A program made the translations under genes and the position numbers. A stretch of DNA of 64,000 bases from Myxococcota bacterium. GTDB lineage: Bacteria > Myxococcota_A > UBA796 > CAJQPC01. The stretch covers positions 160,001-224,000 of the forward strand of contig DASCPX010000016.1 of the NCBI GenBank assembly GCA_036012755.1, given 5' to 3'. The notes beneath the pieces were generated by a model that saw nothing but the letters and a program-made list of their open reading frames with translations, was not told the DNA's origin and did not search any database. This document shows, one piece after another, positions 37,390 through 45,903 of the stretch. How positions within the stretch are numbered: position 1 is the first letter of the stretch; every line of letters starts with the position of its first letter.

Positions 37390-38756
37390 TGGAGGTACCC
37401 CAGGGCTTCGAGTCGCTTCTTCTCTTCGGCTCCCAAGGTGACGGCGCGCTCGGCGAAGCCCAGCGGACGTGCGCCCTCGACCTCGGCGTCCGGGGGCAGC
37501 AGCGCGAAGGAAGCACCCTCAGAGGGACTCGCCGGATGGGTCCACGCCGAGGTCCGCACCTCGCCCGTGGCCAGGTGAGTGCGCGGCAGCCTGTCGCGAA
37601 GCTCGGCCTCGAGGCGCGCCGCGGTCTCCGGATCGTCGAGCTCGACCAGCTCGGCGGGGTCCCCATACAGGGTCCTCTTCGAGCTCGACAGGTCCCAGTC
37701 CAGGCGGGCCCCCTCTCGGTAGATTCCCAGCCTGTTCGTGTCGAAGCGCGAGGTGTCGGAGAGGAAGGAGCGCGCAGGGATGTCCTCGCCGATGAGGACC
37801 TGGCCTTGTCGCTCCAGCCCCGCCAGCGAGGCGAGGGTCGCCGCGATGTCCTGGGTGCCGACGACGTCCTCTACGACGGCGACGCCCACTCCGGGGCCGT
37901 GGATGACCAGCGGAACGTGGAGCTGCTCGGGGTGGAGCGTGTGGGCATGGCCCCAGCTGCCGCGCTCGCCGAACTCCTCGCCGTGGTCGGAGGTGACGAC
38001 GAAGATCACGGGGCGACCGGCGGCGGAGAAGCTCTCGTGGAGCCGCCTGAGCTGGTCGTCGACGTAGCGGATCTCCTCGTCGTACTGGGCGACCTGGTGA
38101 GCCATCTGATCGGCCTCGACCGGGTGCTCGAGGTAGTGGTGGTACTGCTTGTAGGCGAGGTCCCCGTCGGTGGCCGCCCGATCGAACAGCGTGTCGTAGC
38201 CCCCCGGCGCCGCGTAGGGGTAGTGGGCGTCGTAGAGGTGCAGGAAGACGAAGGCCTCCTGCCCCGCCGGCAAGCTGCGCATCAGGGCATCGACGACGTC
38301 CTCTGCATCCACCGTGCTCTGTCGGTTCGTCTTCTTGTCGTGCACCTCGAAGTCCTCCCACACATCGAAGCCCCTGTCGAAGCCGAAGCGGGCCGACACG
38401 AAGAAGGTGCTGACGACGCCCACGGTCGTGAAGCCTCCCGAGCGGAAGGTCTCCTGGATGAGCGCGAGCTCGTCGGGGATCGCGCGGCCGTCGTCGACCA
38501 CCCCGTGCTCCAGCGGAGTCGATCCGCTCAGCAGCGTCGCGTGCGAGGGCAGCGTCCACGGCGAAGGGCTGCGCGCGTGGGCGAAGCGCGTCCCGGTCGC
38601 CGCCAGGCCATCGATGAAGGGCGAGGTGTCGCGGGAGTGGCCGTAGCAGCCGAGGTGGTCGGCCCGCAGGGTGTCGATGCTGACCAGCACCACGTCGGGG
38701 CGCTCTCCGCCGGGGGGGATCGCGCGTGGGGTGCAGGCCAGCGAGGCGAGGATCAT
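37386..38756 (-). CDS. Sulfatase-like / alkaline-phosphatase-superfamily lipoprotein (Thr at the nucleophile position)
   Basis: MILASLAC; SIDTLRADH; WTLPSHATLLSG; HLYDAH; TSDHGEEF; LEALGYL. Confidence 0.88.
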   Translation of the reverse strand: MILASLACTPRAIPPGGERPDVVLVSIDTLRADHLGCYGHSRDTSPFIDGLAATGTRFAHARSPSPWTLPSHATLLSGSTPLEHGVVDDGRAIPDELALIQETFRSGGFTTVGVVSTFFVSARFGFDRGFDVWEDFEVHDKKTNRQSTVDAEDVVDALMRSLPAGQEAFVFLHLYDAHYPYAAPGGYDTLFDRAATDGDLAYKQYHHYLEHPVEADQMAHQVAQYDEEIRYVDDQLRRLHESFSAAGRPVIFVVTSDHGEEFGERGSWGHAHTLHPEQLHVPLVIHGPGVGVAVVEDVVGTQDIAATLASLAGLERQGQVLIGEDIPARSFLSDTSRFDTNRLGIYREGARLDWDLSSSKRTLYGDPAELVELDDPETAARLEAELRDRLPRTHLATGEVRTSAWTHPASPSEGASFALLPPDAEVEGARPLGFAERAVTLGAEEKKRLEALGYLQ

Positions 38757-40051
38757 TGCAGTCCGACCGGGAGGTACCAGAGCGTGAGCGGGATCGCGAG
38801 GGCCAGGGTGACCAACAGCGCCGCCAGGCGCCAGCCGCGGATCGCAGACCCGGGCGCCGCGAGGAAGCCAGCGGTCCAGATCAGCCAGAGCCCGTCGAGC
38901 GGGACGCGGAAGCGGGTCGTGCCCAGGAGCACCGCGACCACGGCGCAGTGGTAGAGCACGATCAAGAGCGTGATGGGGAAGAGCCAGCTCCGACCCCGAG
39001 CGAAGGCGCCGACGCTGCCTCCCCAGACGGTGAGCAGGGAGAACCCGATCGTGCCGAGGCAGAGGAACTCGGCGACAGGCGCGGGCAGACCCTTGTAGCG
39101 CCCGGCTCGGACCTTGCGCGTGAGGAAGCTGTTGGGGTTGAAGAGGAAGGCCTCGCGCTGGGGGATCCGGCGCAGGAACTCCGCTGGGTTGTCCCGGATC
39201 CAGCCCAGCGCCGTGTCACGCTGGCAGTCCGCCCACTCGGTCCTGGGGAGCTCGATGTCGCACATCGGTCGGCCGGTGGCGGTGATTCGCCTGAACTCGG
39301 CGGTGCTCTGGCTGAGCCCGTGGTCCCAGGTGATCAGCGGGAAGTCGTTGTTGCTCAGCCACAGGTTGTGACCGAGGGTGGTGTCCGTGATGACCACGCC
39401 GCCGAACTTCTTGCTGGCGTAGATCGAGTAGGGCGCGACGGTGAGGATCGCGACGAGCGCCATGGCGCCGGCTTGTCGCCATTGCCTTCGTGGCACGAAG
39501 GCCAGCATGAAGATCGGGAGCAGGTATGTGGCGACCCCCCGCAGGAGCACCGACAGGCCGATGAGCAGGCCCGCCAACAGTGCCCACCGCCAGGATCGAT
39601 CCCGGGCCAGGCCGATGGTGTAGAGCGTTCCCAAGAGCAGCGTCAGGTAGATGGACTCGGTCCAGAGGTGACCGGCGAAGAAGGCCAGGGTGGGGCTCAG
39701 CGCGTAGAGCCACGCGGCGATGCGTCCGGCGCGCAGATCCAGGTGGTCCCGGGCCAACAGGTAGACGAGGACCTGCGCGACGCCGAAGCCGACGACCTGT
39801 GTGACGAGGCCCACGTCTGCCCAGCCGGAGAGCACCTCGTGGGCCGCGAGGAAGGTCACGTAGCCCGGGGCCCAGACGTAGGGGATGAAGGTGTCGGCGG
39901 TCATGCCCTCGCCTGCCGCCATGCGGTGGGCGAGCTGCAGGTAGGAGCACTCGTCCCTGGTGCAGGGCACGTCCCACCAGAAGATGAAGGGGAAGGCACG
40001 GAGCACCAGCCCGACCACCAGCGAGGCCAGGAGCCAGCGGTCGCGCCTCAC
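38753..40051 (-). CDS. ArnT/PMT-like (GT39/GT83) membrane glycosyltransferase
   Basis: DE..Y..LA in first loop; PGY; WTES; multiple TMs; TRFRVP. Confidence 0.8.
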   Translation of the reverse strand: MRRDRWLLASLVVGLVLRAFPFIFWWDVPCTRDECSYLQLAHRMAAGEGMTADTFIPYVWAPGYVTFLAAHEVLSGWADVGLVTQVVGFGVAQVLVYLLARDHLDLRAGRIAAWLYALSPTLAFFAGHLWTESIYLTLLLGTLYTIGLARDRSWRWALLAGLLIGLSVLLRGVATYLLPIFMLAFVPRRQWRQAGAMALVAILTVAPYSIYASKKFGGVVITDTTLGHNLWLSNNDFPLITWDHGLSQSTAEFRRITATGRPMCDIELPRTEWADCQRDTALGWIRDNPAEFLRRIPQREAFLFNPNSFLTRKVRAGRYKGLPAPVAEFLCLGTIGFSLLTVWGGSVGAFARGRSWLFPITLLIVLYHCAVVAVLLGTTRFRVPLDGLWLIWTAGFLAAPGSAIRGWRLAALLVTLALAIPLTLWYLPVGLQ

Positions 40052-40521
40052 TTCTCGAGGCGTTCCTCGAGCTCGGCCAGGCGAGCACGGAGCGCGTCCA
40101 GCTCGTCATCCGAGGCGCGGAGTGGCGGCTCGGGATCGGGCTCCGGGGCGTCGGGGGCGCGGGGGGCCTGCTGTCCGGGCCTGAGCATCGCCTCGACCTG
40201 GTCCATCTGGGCGGAGACCAGGGCCAGGCCTGTCGTGAGCTGCTCGCGCAGCATCGCCTGCCAGGGATCGTCGCCGGTGGACCGGATCATGCGGTGGAGC
40301 ATCGAGGTCGGGATCAGCTCGGCGCCGCCAAGGGACTTCAGCACCACCTCGCCGAGGACCTGGGGCGTCAGGTCCTCTTCGGTCTTTGCGTCCACCACCT
40401 GCACCGTCGTCCCCTCGCGGATCATCGCCGCGAGCTCCTCGAGGTTCAGGTACCTCGAGGCCGAGGTGTCATAGAGGCGCCTGTTGCCATATTTCTTGAT
40501 GGTGACCACGATCGACGACAT
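40048..40521 (-). CDS. phaR: PHA synthesis regulator (PhaR-type DNA-binding domain)
   Basis: IKKYGNRRLYDTSASRYLNLEEL..MI..G..VQVVDAKTEEDLT..VL. Confidence 0.9.
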   Translation of the reverse strand: MSSIVVTIKKYGNRRLYDTSASRYLNLEELAAMIREGTTVQVVDAKTEEDLTPQVLGEVVLKSLGGAELIPTSMLHRMIRSTGDDPWQAMLREQLTTGLALVSAQMDQVEAMLRPGQQAPRAPDAPEPDPEPPLRASDDELDALRARLAELEERLEK

Positions 40522-40531
40522 ATCCCGCCAG

Positions 40532-40615
40532 GGGGTCAGACCCTGACATGTGACGGGCGCGTGACATGGTTTCGTGTGTAATCCCAACCCCCTACACGGG
40601 GTCAGACCGTGACAT
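40532..40615. promoter_or_regulatory. Two copies of GGGGTCAGACC(C/G)TGACAT in the phaR/hydrolase divergent region
   Basis: Copies at 40532-40549 and 40598-40615; internal palindrome GTCAG-ACC-CTGAC; third TGACAT at 40562. Confidence 0.6.
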
Positions 40616-40671
40616 CGGCGCCAGGTGGAGGCCGACTGAGCCCTGGCACGGGACTTGAATCACAGCTCGGC

Positions 40672-40770
40672 ATGCTCGCGTTCACGCTCCTGGCCTGCAC
40701 CGACGCCCTCATCGACGGCCTGCGAATCGACCTCGAGGGTGACCTCGCACCGACAACCCCGGAGGCTTGA
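40672..40770 (+). pseudogene. 32-aa mini-lipoprotein or collapsed lipoprotein remnant
   Basis: MLAFTLLACTDALIDGLRIDLEGDLAPTTPEA*; same short signal as other lipoproteins in the window; ends 1 nt before the next ATG. Confidence 0.5.
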
Positions 40771-40771
40771 G

Positions 40772-41437
40772 ATGCCCTTCGCGCTCAGCGGCGACTGCCA
40801 CATCTACTGGACCGCCATCGGTCGCGGCCCGCCCATCGTGCTGGTCCGCGGACTCGCCCGCTCCCACCGCTACTTCGAGCCGATCGTCCCGTACCTGGCC
40901 CGCTACTTCCGGGTGATCCTCTTCGACAACCGCGGCTCGGGGCGCTCCGATCGCCCTGCGGGTCCCTACTCCTCGGACCAGATGGCGGATGACGTCGTGG
41001 CGGTCATGGACGCTGCTGGCGCTCGAAGTGCCTGGATCCTCGGCATGTCACTCGGCGGCATGATCGCGCTGGATACGGCTCGGCGCCATCCCCGTCGGGT
41101 GAGCGGGCTCGTGCTCGGATCGTGCACGGCGCGGGGCCGTGGCTACCCGACTCGCGTCCCGCTCTGGCCGAAGCTCCTGCTGGCGATCAGCGCGCTCTTG
41201 CCTCGCTCGATGGGGCGCCGCGTCCAGGCCTTCGTGACCCTGAGCGATGCCTTCATGGACCGCGCCGAGCTCGAGATCGTCGCCGACTGTGGCCACAACA
41301 TCGAGACCGAGCAGCTTGGCTGGATGGCCCGCCGCGTCCTGGTCTTCGTGGACACCCACGCGTCCGAGGCGCCCTACGCCAACCAGGCCCCAGCGAGGAC
41401 GACAGGTACGCTCAAGACTGCGCCGATCGCCAGGTAG
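40772..41437 (+). CDS. Alpha/beta hydrolase (candidate intracellular depolymerase), apparently internally deleted
   Basis: FDNRGSGRS; lipase box GMSLGG; His motif CGH; lid and catalytic-Asp strand are missing between AFMD and RAELEIV. Confidence 0.7.
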   Translation: MPFALSGDCHIYWTAIGRGPPIVLVRGLARSHRYFEPIVPYLARYFRVILFDNRGSGRSDRPAGPYSSDQMADDVVAVMDAAGARSAWILGMSLGGMIALDTARRHPRRVSGLVLGSCTARGRGYPTRVPLWPKLLLAISALLPRSMGRRVQAFVTLSDAFMDRAELEIVADCGHNIETEQLGWMARRVLVFVDTHASEAPYANQAPARTTGTLKTAPIAR

Positions 41438-41781
41438 AGCGGCTTGTCGTGGCGCTGCCTCCCCATGACGAGGGCGGCCAGGGGGCCGAGCACCGCGAAA
41501 GCTGCGCCAGCGACGGCCAGGTCAGCTCCCTGGGGGAGCATCGTGCCTGCGTAGAAGGTGCCCGCCCAGCTCAGCGCCAGTGCCGCCACCGAGGTCACGA
41601 GGCAGCGCAGGGTCGGCCCCAGCGGGAAGAAGGCTGGCACCATGCCCACGACGAGTCCGCCGGCGAGTCCGAAGAAGAAGCCCGCGAACAAGAGCCAGGG
41701 CGAGACGGCGGCGAGTCCGAGGGCTCCGACGATGGAGCCGATGGCCGCCATCCAGGCCGCTGTTCGTTCGGGGGTGCGCAT
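41374..41781 (-). CDS. Small 4-TM membrane protein
   Basis: MRTPERTAAW...; four hydrophobic segments. Confidence 0.65.
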   Translation of the reverse strand: MRTPERTAAWMAAIGSIVGALGLAAVSPWLLFAGFFFGLAGGLVVGMVPAFFPLGPTLRCLVTSVAALALSWAGTFYAGTMLPQGADLAVAGAAFAVLGPLAALVMGRQRHDKPLYLAIGAVLSVPVVLAGAWLA

Positions 41782-41845
41782 CGCGAGCGCATGGTCCCAC
41801 GCGGATGTGCAGGAGCTGTGCAACTCGATCACGCGGCCAGTTTTT

Positions 41846-41882
41846 TGCGTTGCAACAAGAAAGTCCTTGTTGCAACGCAGCA
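41846..41882. promoter_or_regulatory. Candidate PhaR operator: perfect 14-bp inverted repeat with two TGC-N3-GCA boxes
   Basis: TGCGTTGCAACAAG-aaagtc-CTTGTTGCAACGCA, about 40 nt upstream of the phasin-like gene. Confidence 0.78.
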
Positions 41883-41919
41883 TCCTTCTTATGTTGTGGA
41901 CGTCAAACAAGGAGACGGC

Positions 41920-42090
41920 ATGTTCGAGACCGAGCAGTACCAGGATGCGGCGGAGCGCTACTTCGCCCTTCAGAACGAGTCCATCAAGGTGGCGATGAAG
42001 CAGTGGGAGACCACTATGGAGGCGCAGAAGGCCATGACGAAGGCCCTGCTCGCTGCCTCCTGGGCTTCCAAGCCCGAGGCGACGTCCTGA
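41920..42090 (+). CDS. 56-aa phasin-like amphipathic helical protein
   Basis: AAGGAG RBS; MFETEQYQDAAERYFALQNESIKVAMKQWETTMEAQKAMTKALLAA; first gene after the PhaR-like operator. Confidence 0.7.
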   Translation: MFETEQYQDAAERYFALQNESIKVAMKQWETTMEAQKAMTKALLAASWASKPEATS

Positions 42091-42098
42091 GTCCGCTG

Positions 42099-42128
42099 AC
42101 GCAGCAGGGGATCGTCCCTGCTGCGTTT
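42099..42128 (+). terminator. GC-rich hairpin after the phasin-like gene (leaky terminator or mRNA stabiliser)
   Basis: ACGCAGCAGGG-gatcgt-CCCTGCTGCGT, perfect 11-bp stem with only a short T run. Confidence 0.65.
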
Positions 42129-42174
42129 GCACATCCGATTTGACGCATTGCGGCATCTGGAGTAGAGAGAGACC

Positions 42175-42639
42175 ATGAGCGACACCGAGATGTACAAGGC
42201 CTGGGAGAAGGCCATGACCCAGTGGTGGGACACCGTGCTGGACTCCCCTGCCTTCGTGAAGGGCATGGGGCAGGGTCTCGCCGGCCACAGCAGGACCCGG
42301 AAGGCCTACGAGGATCACCTCGACCGGAACATGGAGGCCATGCACCTCCCCACGCGAAAGGACCTCGTCCGCGTCGCGAAGATCTGCAGCCTCCTCGAAG
42401 ATCGGCTGCTCGGGTTGGAGGACCGCCTGCTGGAGCTCGAGGATCAGCGCGTCGAGGCCGAGAAGCTCTCCCTCCAGGCGCGCATCGACGCCGCCGAGGC
42501 TCGGCTGGAGCTGAAGGGCCGCCTCTCGTCGATCGAGGCGAAGCTCGACGCGGCGCTCGCTACAAAGGCCGCCCCGAAGGCCAAGGCTGCGCCGAAGGCC
42601 GCCTCCACGAAGCGCAAGGCTCCGGCGAAGAAGAAGTGA
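42175..42639 (+). CDS. phaE: PHA synthase accessory subunit (PhaE / class IV PhaR-like) with Lys/Ala-rich tail
   Basis: W...WW..L.SPAF...MG; LPTRKDL...LEDRL coiled coil; KAAPKAKAAPK tail; TGATG-coupled to phaC. Confidence 0.75.
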   Translation: MSDTEMYKAWEKAMTQWWDTVLDSPAFVKGMGQGLAGHSRTRKAYEDHLDRNMEAMHLPTRKDLVRVAKICSLLEDRLLGLEDRLLELEDQRVEAEKLSLQARIDAAEARLELKGRLSSIEAKLDAALATKAAPKAKAAPKAASTKRKAPAKKK

Positions 42640-43571
42640 TGTTGCAGCGCGCCATCGACGCGGCCGCTTTCCTCGCTACGGATCCGATCGGCCAGGCGCG
42701 ACCAGGCGCCTCGCCACACACCGTGATCCACTCTCAGGCCTCCGCGAAGCTGCGCTTCTTCGCCTCCACCGGCCGGCGCGCCCTCTTCGTGTGCATGCCG
42801 CTGATCAACACGTGGACGATCTGGGACCTGCTCCCTGGACACAGCGTGGTCGCGGCCCTGGTCGATGCGGGCATCGACGTCTACGTGCTCGACTGGGGCA
42901 AGCCCGGCCCGGAGGCCGAGGATCGTCCCCTGGACCACTACGTCGACGAGATCCTCGGGCGGGCGCTGGACAGGGCTCGCCGCCACGCTGGCACCACCCT
43001 CGACGTTGCTGGTTACTGCGTCGGGGGCACCTTCCTGGCCTGGCACCTGGCGCGGAATCGGCCCGAGGTGCGCTCCGCTGCCTTCGTGGCGACCCCGATC
43101 GACTTCCACGCCTCCGGGCGCCTTTCACGCTGGGCCGACCCGGCCCACTTCCCGCTGGATGCCCTCCACGGCAACTTCCCAGCGGAGCGCCTGCGCGCGA
43201 GCTTCGCCTGGCTGAAGCCGATGGGTCAGGCTCGGAAGTGGAGGTCGCTCTTGGAGCGACCGCAGGCCCGCGAGCTCTGGGCGCACCTCGAGTCCTGGTC
43301 CCGTGACGGCGTGGACTTCCCGGGGCGCGCCTACCGCGAGTACGTGCGTGCCTGCTACTTCGACAACCGCCTCCGCGAGGAGCTCGGTGGTGTCGACGTG
43401 CCTGCTCTGAGCGTCGCCGCGAGCCGGGACCACATCGTGCCTCCGCCGGCCGCGCACGACCTCTCGGCGGTCTGGGACGGCCCGGTCACCGAGAGGACGC
43501 TGCGTGGTGGCCACGTCGGCATCTGCCTCGAGAAGGCGCTGCCAGCGGCGCTGTCGGAGTGGCTCTCGTGA
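42639..43571 (+). CDS. phaC: Class III-type PHA synthase catalytic subunit (copy 1)
   Basis: PLIN...DL.PG.S.V..L..AG.DVY.LDWG; GYCVGG; PIDF; RDHIVP; GGHVG. Confidence 0.82.
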   Translation: MLQRAIDAAAFLATDPIGQARPGASPHTVIHSQASAKLRFFASTGRRALFVCMPLINTWTIWDLLPGHSVVAALVDAGIDVYVLDWGKPGPEAEDRPLDHYVDEILGRALDRARRHAGTTLDVAGYCVGGTFLAWHLARNRPEVRSAAFVATPIDFHASGRLSRWADPAHFPLDALHGNFPAERLRASFAWLKPMGQARKWRSLLERPQARELWAHLESWSRDGVDFPGRAYREYVRACYFDNRLREELGGVDVPALSVAASRDHIVPPPAAHDLSAVWDGPVTERTLRGGHVGICLEKALPAALSEWLS

Positions 43572-44539
43572 TCGCGGAGATGTCTCGCGGTGCCTGGCTC
43601 CTCGCGAGCCACCCACGGCCGCCCGTCGGGCAGAGCGCCCACAGGGTGATCCACGTCCACGACAAGCTGCGGGTCCGCTTCTACGCCGGCGCCGGGGCCT
43701 GCCCCATCGTCATCGTCCCGAGCCTCATCAACCGAGCGTGGATCGTCGACCTCGAAGAAGATCGGAGCCTCGTGCGGGCCCTGACCGAAGAGGGCCACCC
43801 GGTCTACCTCGTCGACTGGGGCGTGCCCGGCCCGGAAGACGCTGACGAGGACGTCGCCTACGTGCTCGACTCACTGCTCGCGCGGGCCCTGCGTCGCATC
43901 CGCCGACACGCGAGGGCTCCGGTGTGCCTGCTCGGCTACTGCATGGGCGGCACCCTGGCGGCGATGTGCTTGGCCCGGCATCCAGGCCTCGCGGAGCGGC
44001 TCGTCCTGCTGAACGCCCCCTTCCGCTTTTGCGAGGGTGGGCGCTTCTTCGACCTCTGTCGCGATCTCGACGTCGAGGCGCTGATCGACAGCGACGGCCT
44101 CGTGCCGGTCGAGCTCATGAAGCCCGCCTTCTCGATGCTCGACCCAGCCGGCAACTTCACGAAGCTCGTCGCGATCGAAGAGGCCAGCCGGGACCCTCGC
44201 CGCATGCTCCGCACGATGGCTCGCGAGCGCTGGCTCGAAGAGAACGTGCCCATGCCAGGGGCCTTCGCGCGGGAGTGGATCCGCCACACCTACCAGGACG
44301 ACGATCTGCTCGATGGCGCCTGGGTGATCGGGGACTCCGCTGTCGACCTGGCCGCGCTGGACCACCCCACCTTGGTGCTCGCCGCCGAGCGCGACTTCAT
44401 CGCGCCTGTCGCCAGCGTGCTCCCCGTCGCGGAGGTCATCCCGGGGGCCACCGTAGAGGTCCTCCCGACCGGTCACATCGGCGCGGTGGTCGGGCGCTAC
44501 CTCCCGCGGCTGGTCCAGAGGATCCACTCGTGGCTCTGA
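43568..44539 (+). CDS. phaC: Class III-type PHA synthase catalytic subunit (copy 2)
   Basis: PSLINRAWIVDLEEDRSLV; LVDWG; GYCMGG; ERWL; ERDFIAP; TGHIG; GTGA-coupled. Confidence 0.87.
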   Translation: MIAEMSRGAWLLASHPRPPVGQSAHRVIHVHDKLRVRFYAGAGACPIVIVPSLINRAWIVDLEEDRSLVRALTEEGHPVYLVDWGVPGPEDADEDVAYVLDSLLARALRRIRRHARAPVCLLGYCMGGTLAAMCLARHPGLAERLVLLNAPFRFCEGGRFFDLCRDLDVEALIDSDGLVPVELMKPAFSMLDPAGNFTKLVAIEEASRDPRRMLRTMARERWLEENVPMPGAFAREWIRHTYQDDDLLDGAWVIGDSAVDLAALDHPTLVLAAERDFIAPVASVLPVAEVIPGATVEVLPTGHIGAVVGRYLPRLVQRIHSWL

Positions 44540-45903
44540 GCTGGGCGCTGTTCCTCGTCTACGCGGTGCTGACGGCGCTGTTGGCCTGGAGAGGTGGGCG
44601 GCAGTCGTCCACCGGCGCGGGCTTCGCCATCGGCAGCGGGCGCATGTCCTGGTGGGTCGCCGGCATCACCCTGGGTGCTTGCCTGGCGTCCTCTGCCACC
44701 TTCGTCATCGTGCCCGGCTTCGTGTACTCGGAGGGGCTCCCGGCGCTCGTCGGCTTCACCGCCCCCTTCATCGCCGGCATCGCGCTCGGGCTCTTCGTCT
44801 TCACGGGCCCCTTCAAGGAGCGCACGCGAGGTGCCCTCACGGTGCCCCACTGGCTCGGCGAGCGCTACGACAGCCCCGCCCTGCGCAAGCTCTTCGCCGG
44901 GCTCAACGTGCTCAACGTCGCCTACCTCGTGCTCATCACGGTCGGCTGTGGCTACGTGATGCAAGCGGCGCTGGGGGTGCCCTACCCCGTGGCCGTGGTC
45001 GGCATCGTGGCCTTCGTCTTCGGCTACACGGGCTTCGGCGGCGCCGGGGCTCATGCCCTGACCAACACCCTGCAGGGCATCGTGATGCTCGTGGTCGCCG
45101 TGGTCATCGCCTCGGCGGGCCTCGATCAGCTCGGCGTCACCTGGCAGAGCCTGGCCTCGACCGGCTGGACGGCACCGGACAGCCTGCTCTTCTCCACCCC
45201 CGGCGAGGTCTGGCTCGTGCCCTTCTTCATGGGCATCGCGCTGACCACCCAGCCCCACCTGCTGTGCAAGGCGCTCTACGTCGCCGACCGGGCTGCGGTG
45301 CGCAAGATGGTGGTCGTCGCGATCCTGTGCTTCGCGGTCTTCAGCCTCGTGCTGCTCGCTGGCGCCCACGCCCGCGTGGTGCTCCCAGAGGGCATCGCCC
45401 AGGACCAGGTCATGGCCACCTACCTCGTCGAGGCCTTCCCCTGGAAGCCCCTGTCCGCCCTGGTCAGCGTGGCGATCCTCGCCGCCAGCATGAGCACCCT
45501 GGACGGTCTCCTCGTCGCCATCGCCGCCAGCGTCGGCGGTGACCTCTTCGAGCGCCCCTCGGTCTCCCGCAACCGGCTCGTGCTCGCCGGGCTCGCGGTC
45601 GTGACGGTCGCCATCGCCCTGTCACCTCCGCAGCTCGTGCTGATCCTCGGTCAGCTCGGTGTCTATGGCCTCGTCGCGGCCTCCGCGGGCCCCTTGCTCG
45701 CCGGACTCTTCAGGGATGGCCGCCTCCACGCCGTCCCGGCGCTGTGCTCGGCCATCGTGGCCTTGATCGTGCACTTCGGTCTCGCGCTCACGGTCTTCGA
45801 CAACCCGGGCCTGGCAGCCTGCGCCGCGGTGGCGGTCGGAATACCGATCGCGCTGTTGCCCGTGCCTGCGCTGTCGGCGGCACCCAAGAGGGAGAAGGCG
45901 TGA
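44530..45903 (+). CDS. Sodium:solute symporter family protein
   Basis: SSATF...PG; LTVPHWLGERYDS; YTGFGG....TNTLQG; AASMSTLDG; about 13 TMs. Confidence 0.9.
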   Translation: MALSWALFLVYAVLTALLAWRGGRQSSTGAGFAIGSGRMSWWVAGITLGACLASSATFVIVPGFVYSEGLPALVGFTAPFIAGIALGLFVFTGPFKERTRGALTVPHWLGERYDSPALRKLFAGLNVLNVAYLVLITVGCGYVMQAALGVPYPVAVVGIVAFVFGYTGFGGAGAHALTNTLQGIVMLVVAVVIASAGLDQLGVTWQSLASTGWTAPDSLLFSTPGEVWLVPFFMGIALTTQPHLLCKALYVADRAAVRKMVVVAILCFAVFSLVLLAGAHARVVLPEGIAQDQVMATYLVEAFPWKPLSALVSVAILAASMSTLDGLLVAIAASVGGDLFERPSVSRNRLVLAGLAVVTVAIALSPPQLVLILGQLGVYGLVAASAGPLLAGLFRDGRLHAVPALCSAIVALIVHFGLALTVFDNPGLAACAAVAVGIPIALLPVPALSAAPKREKA

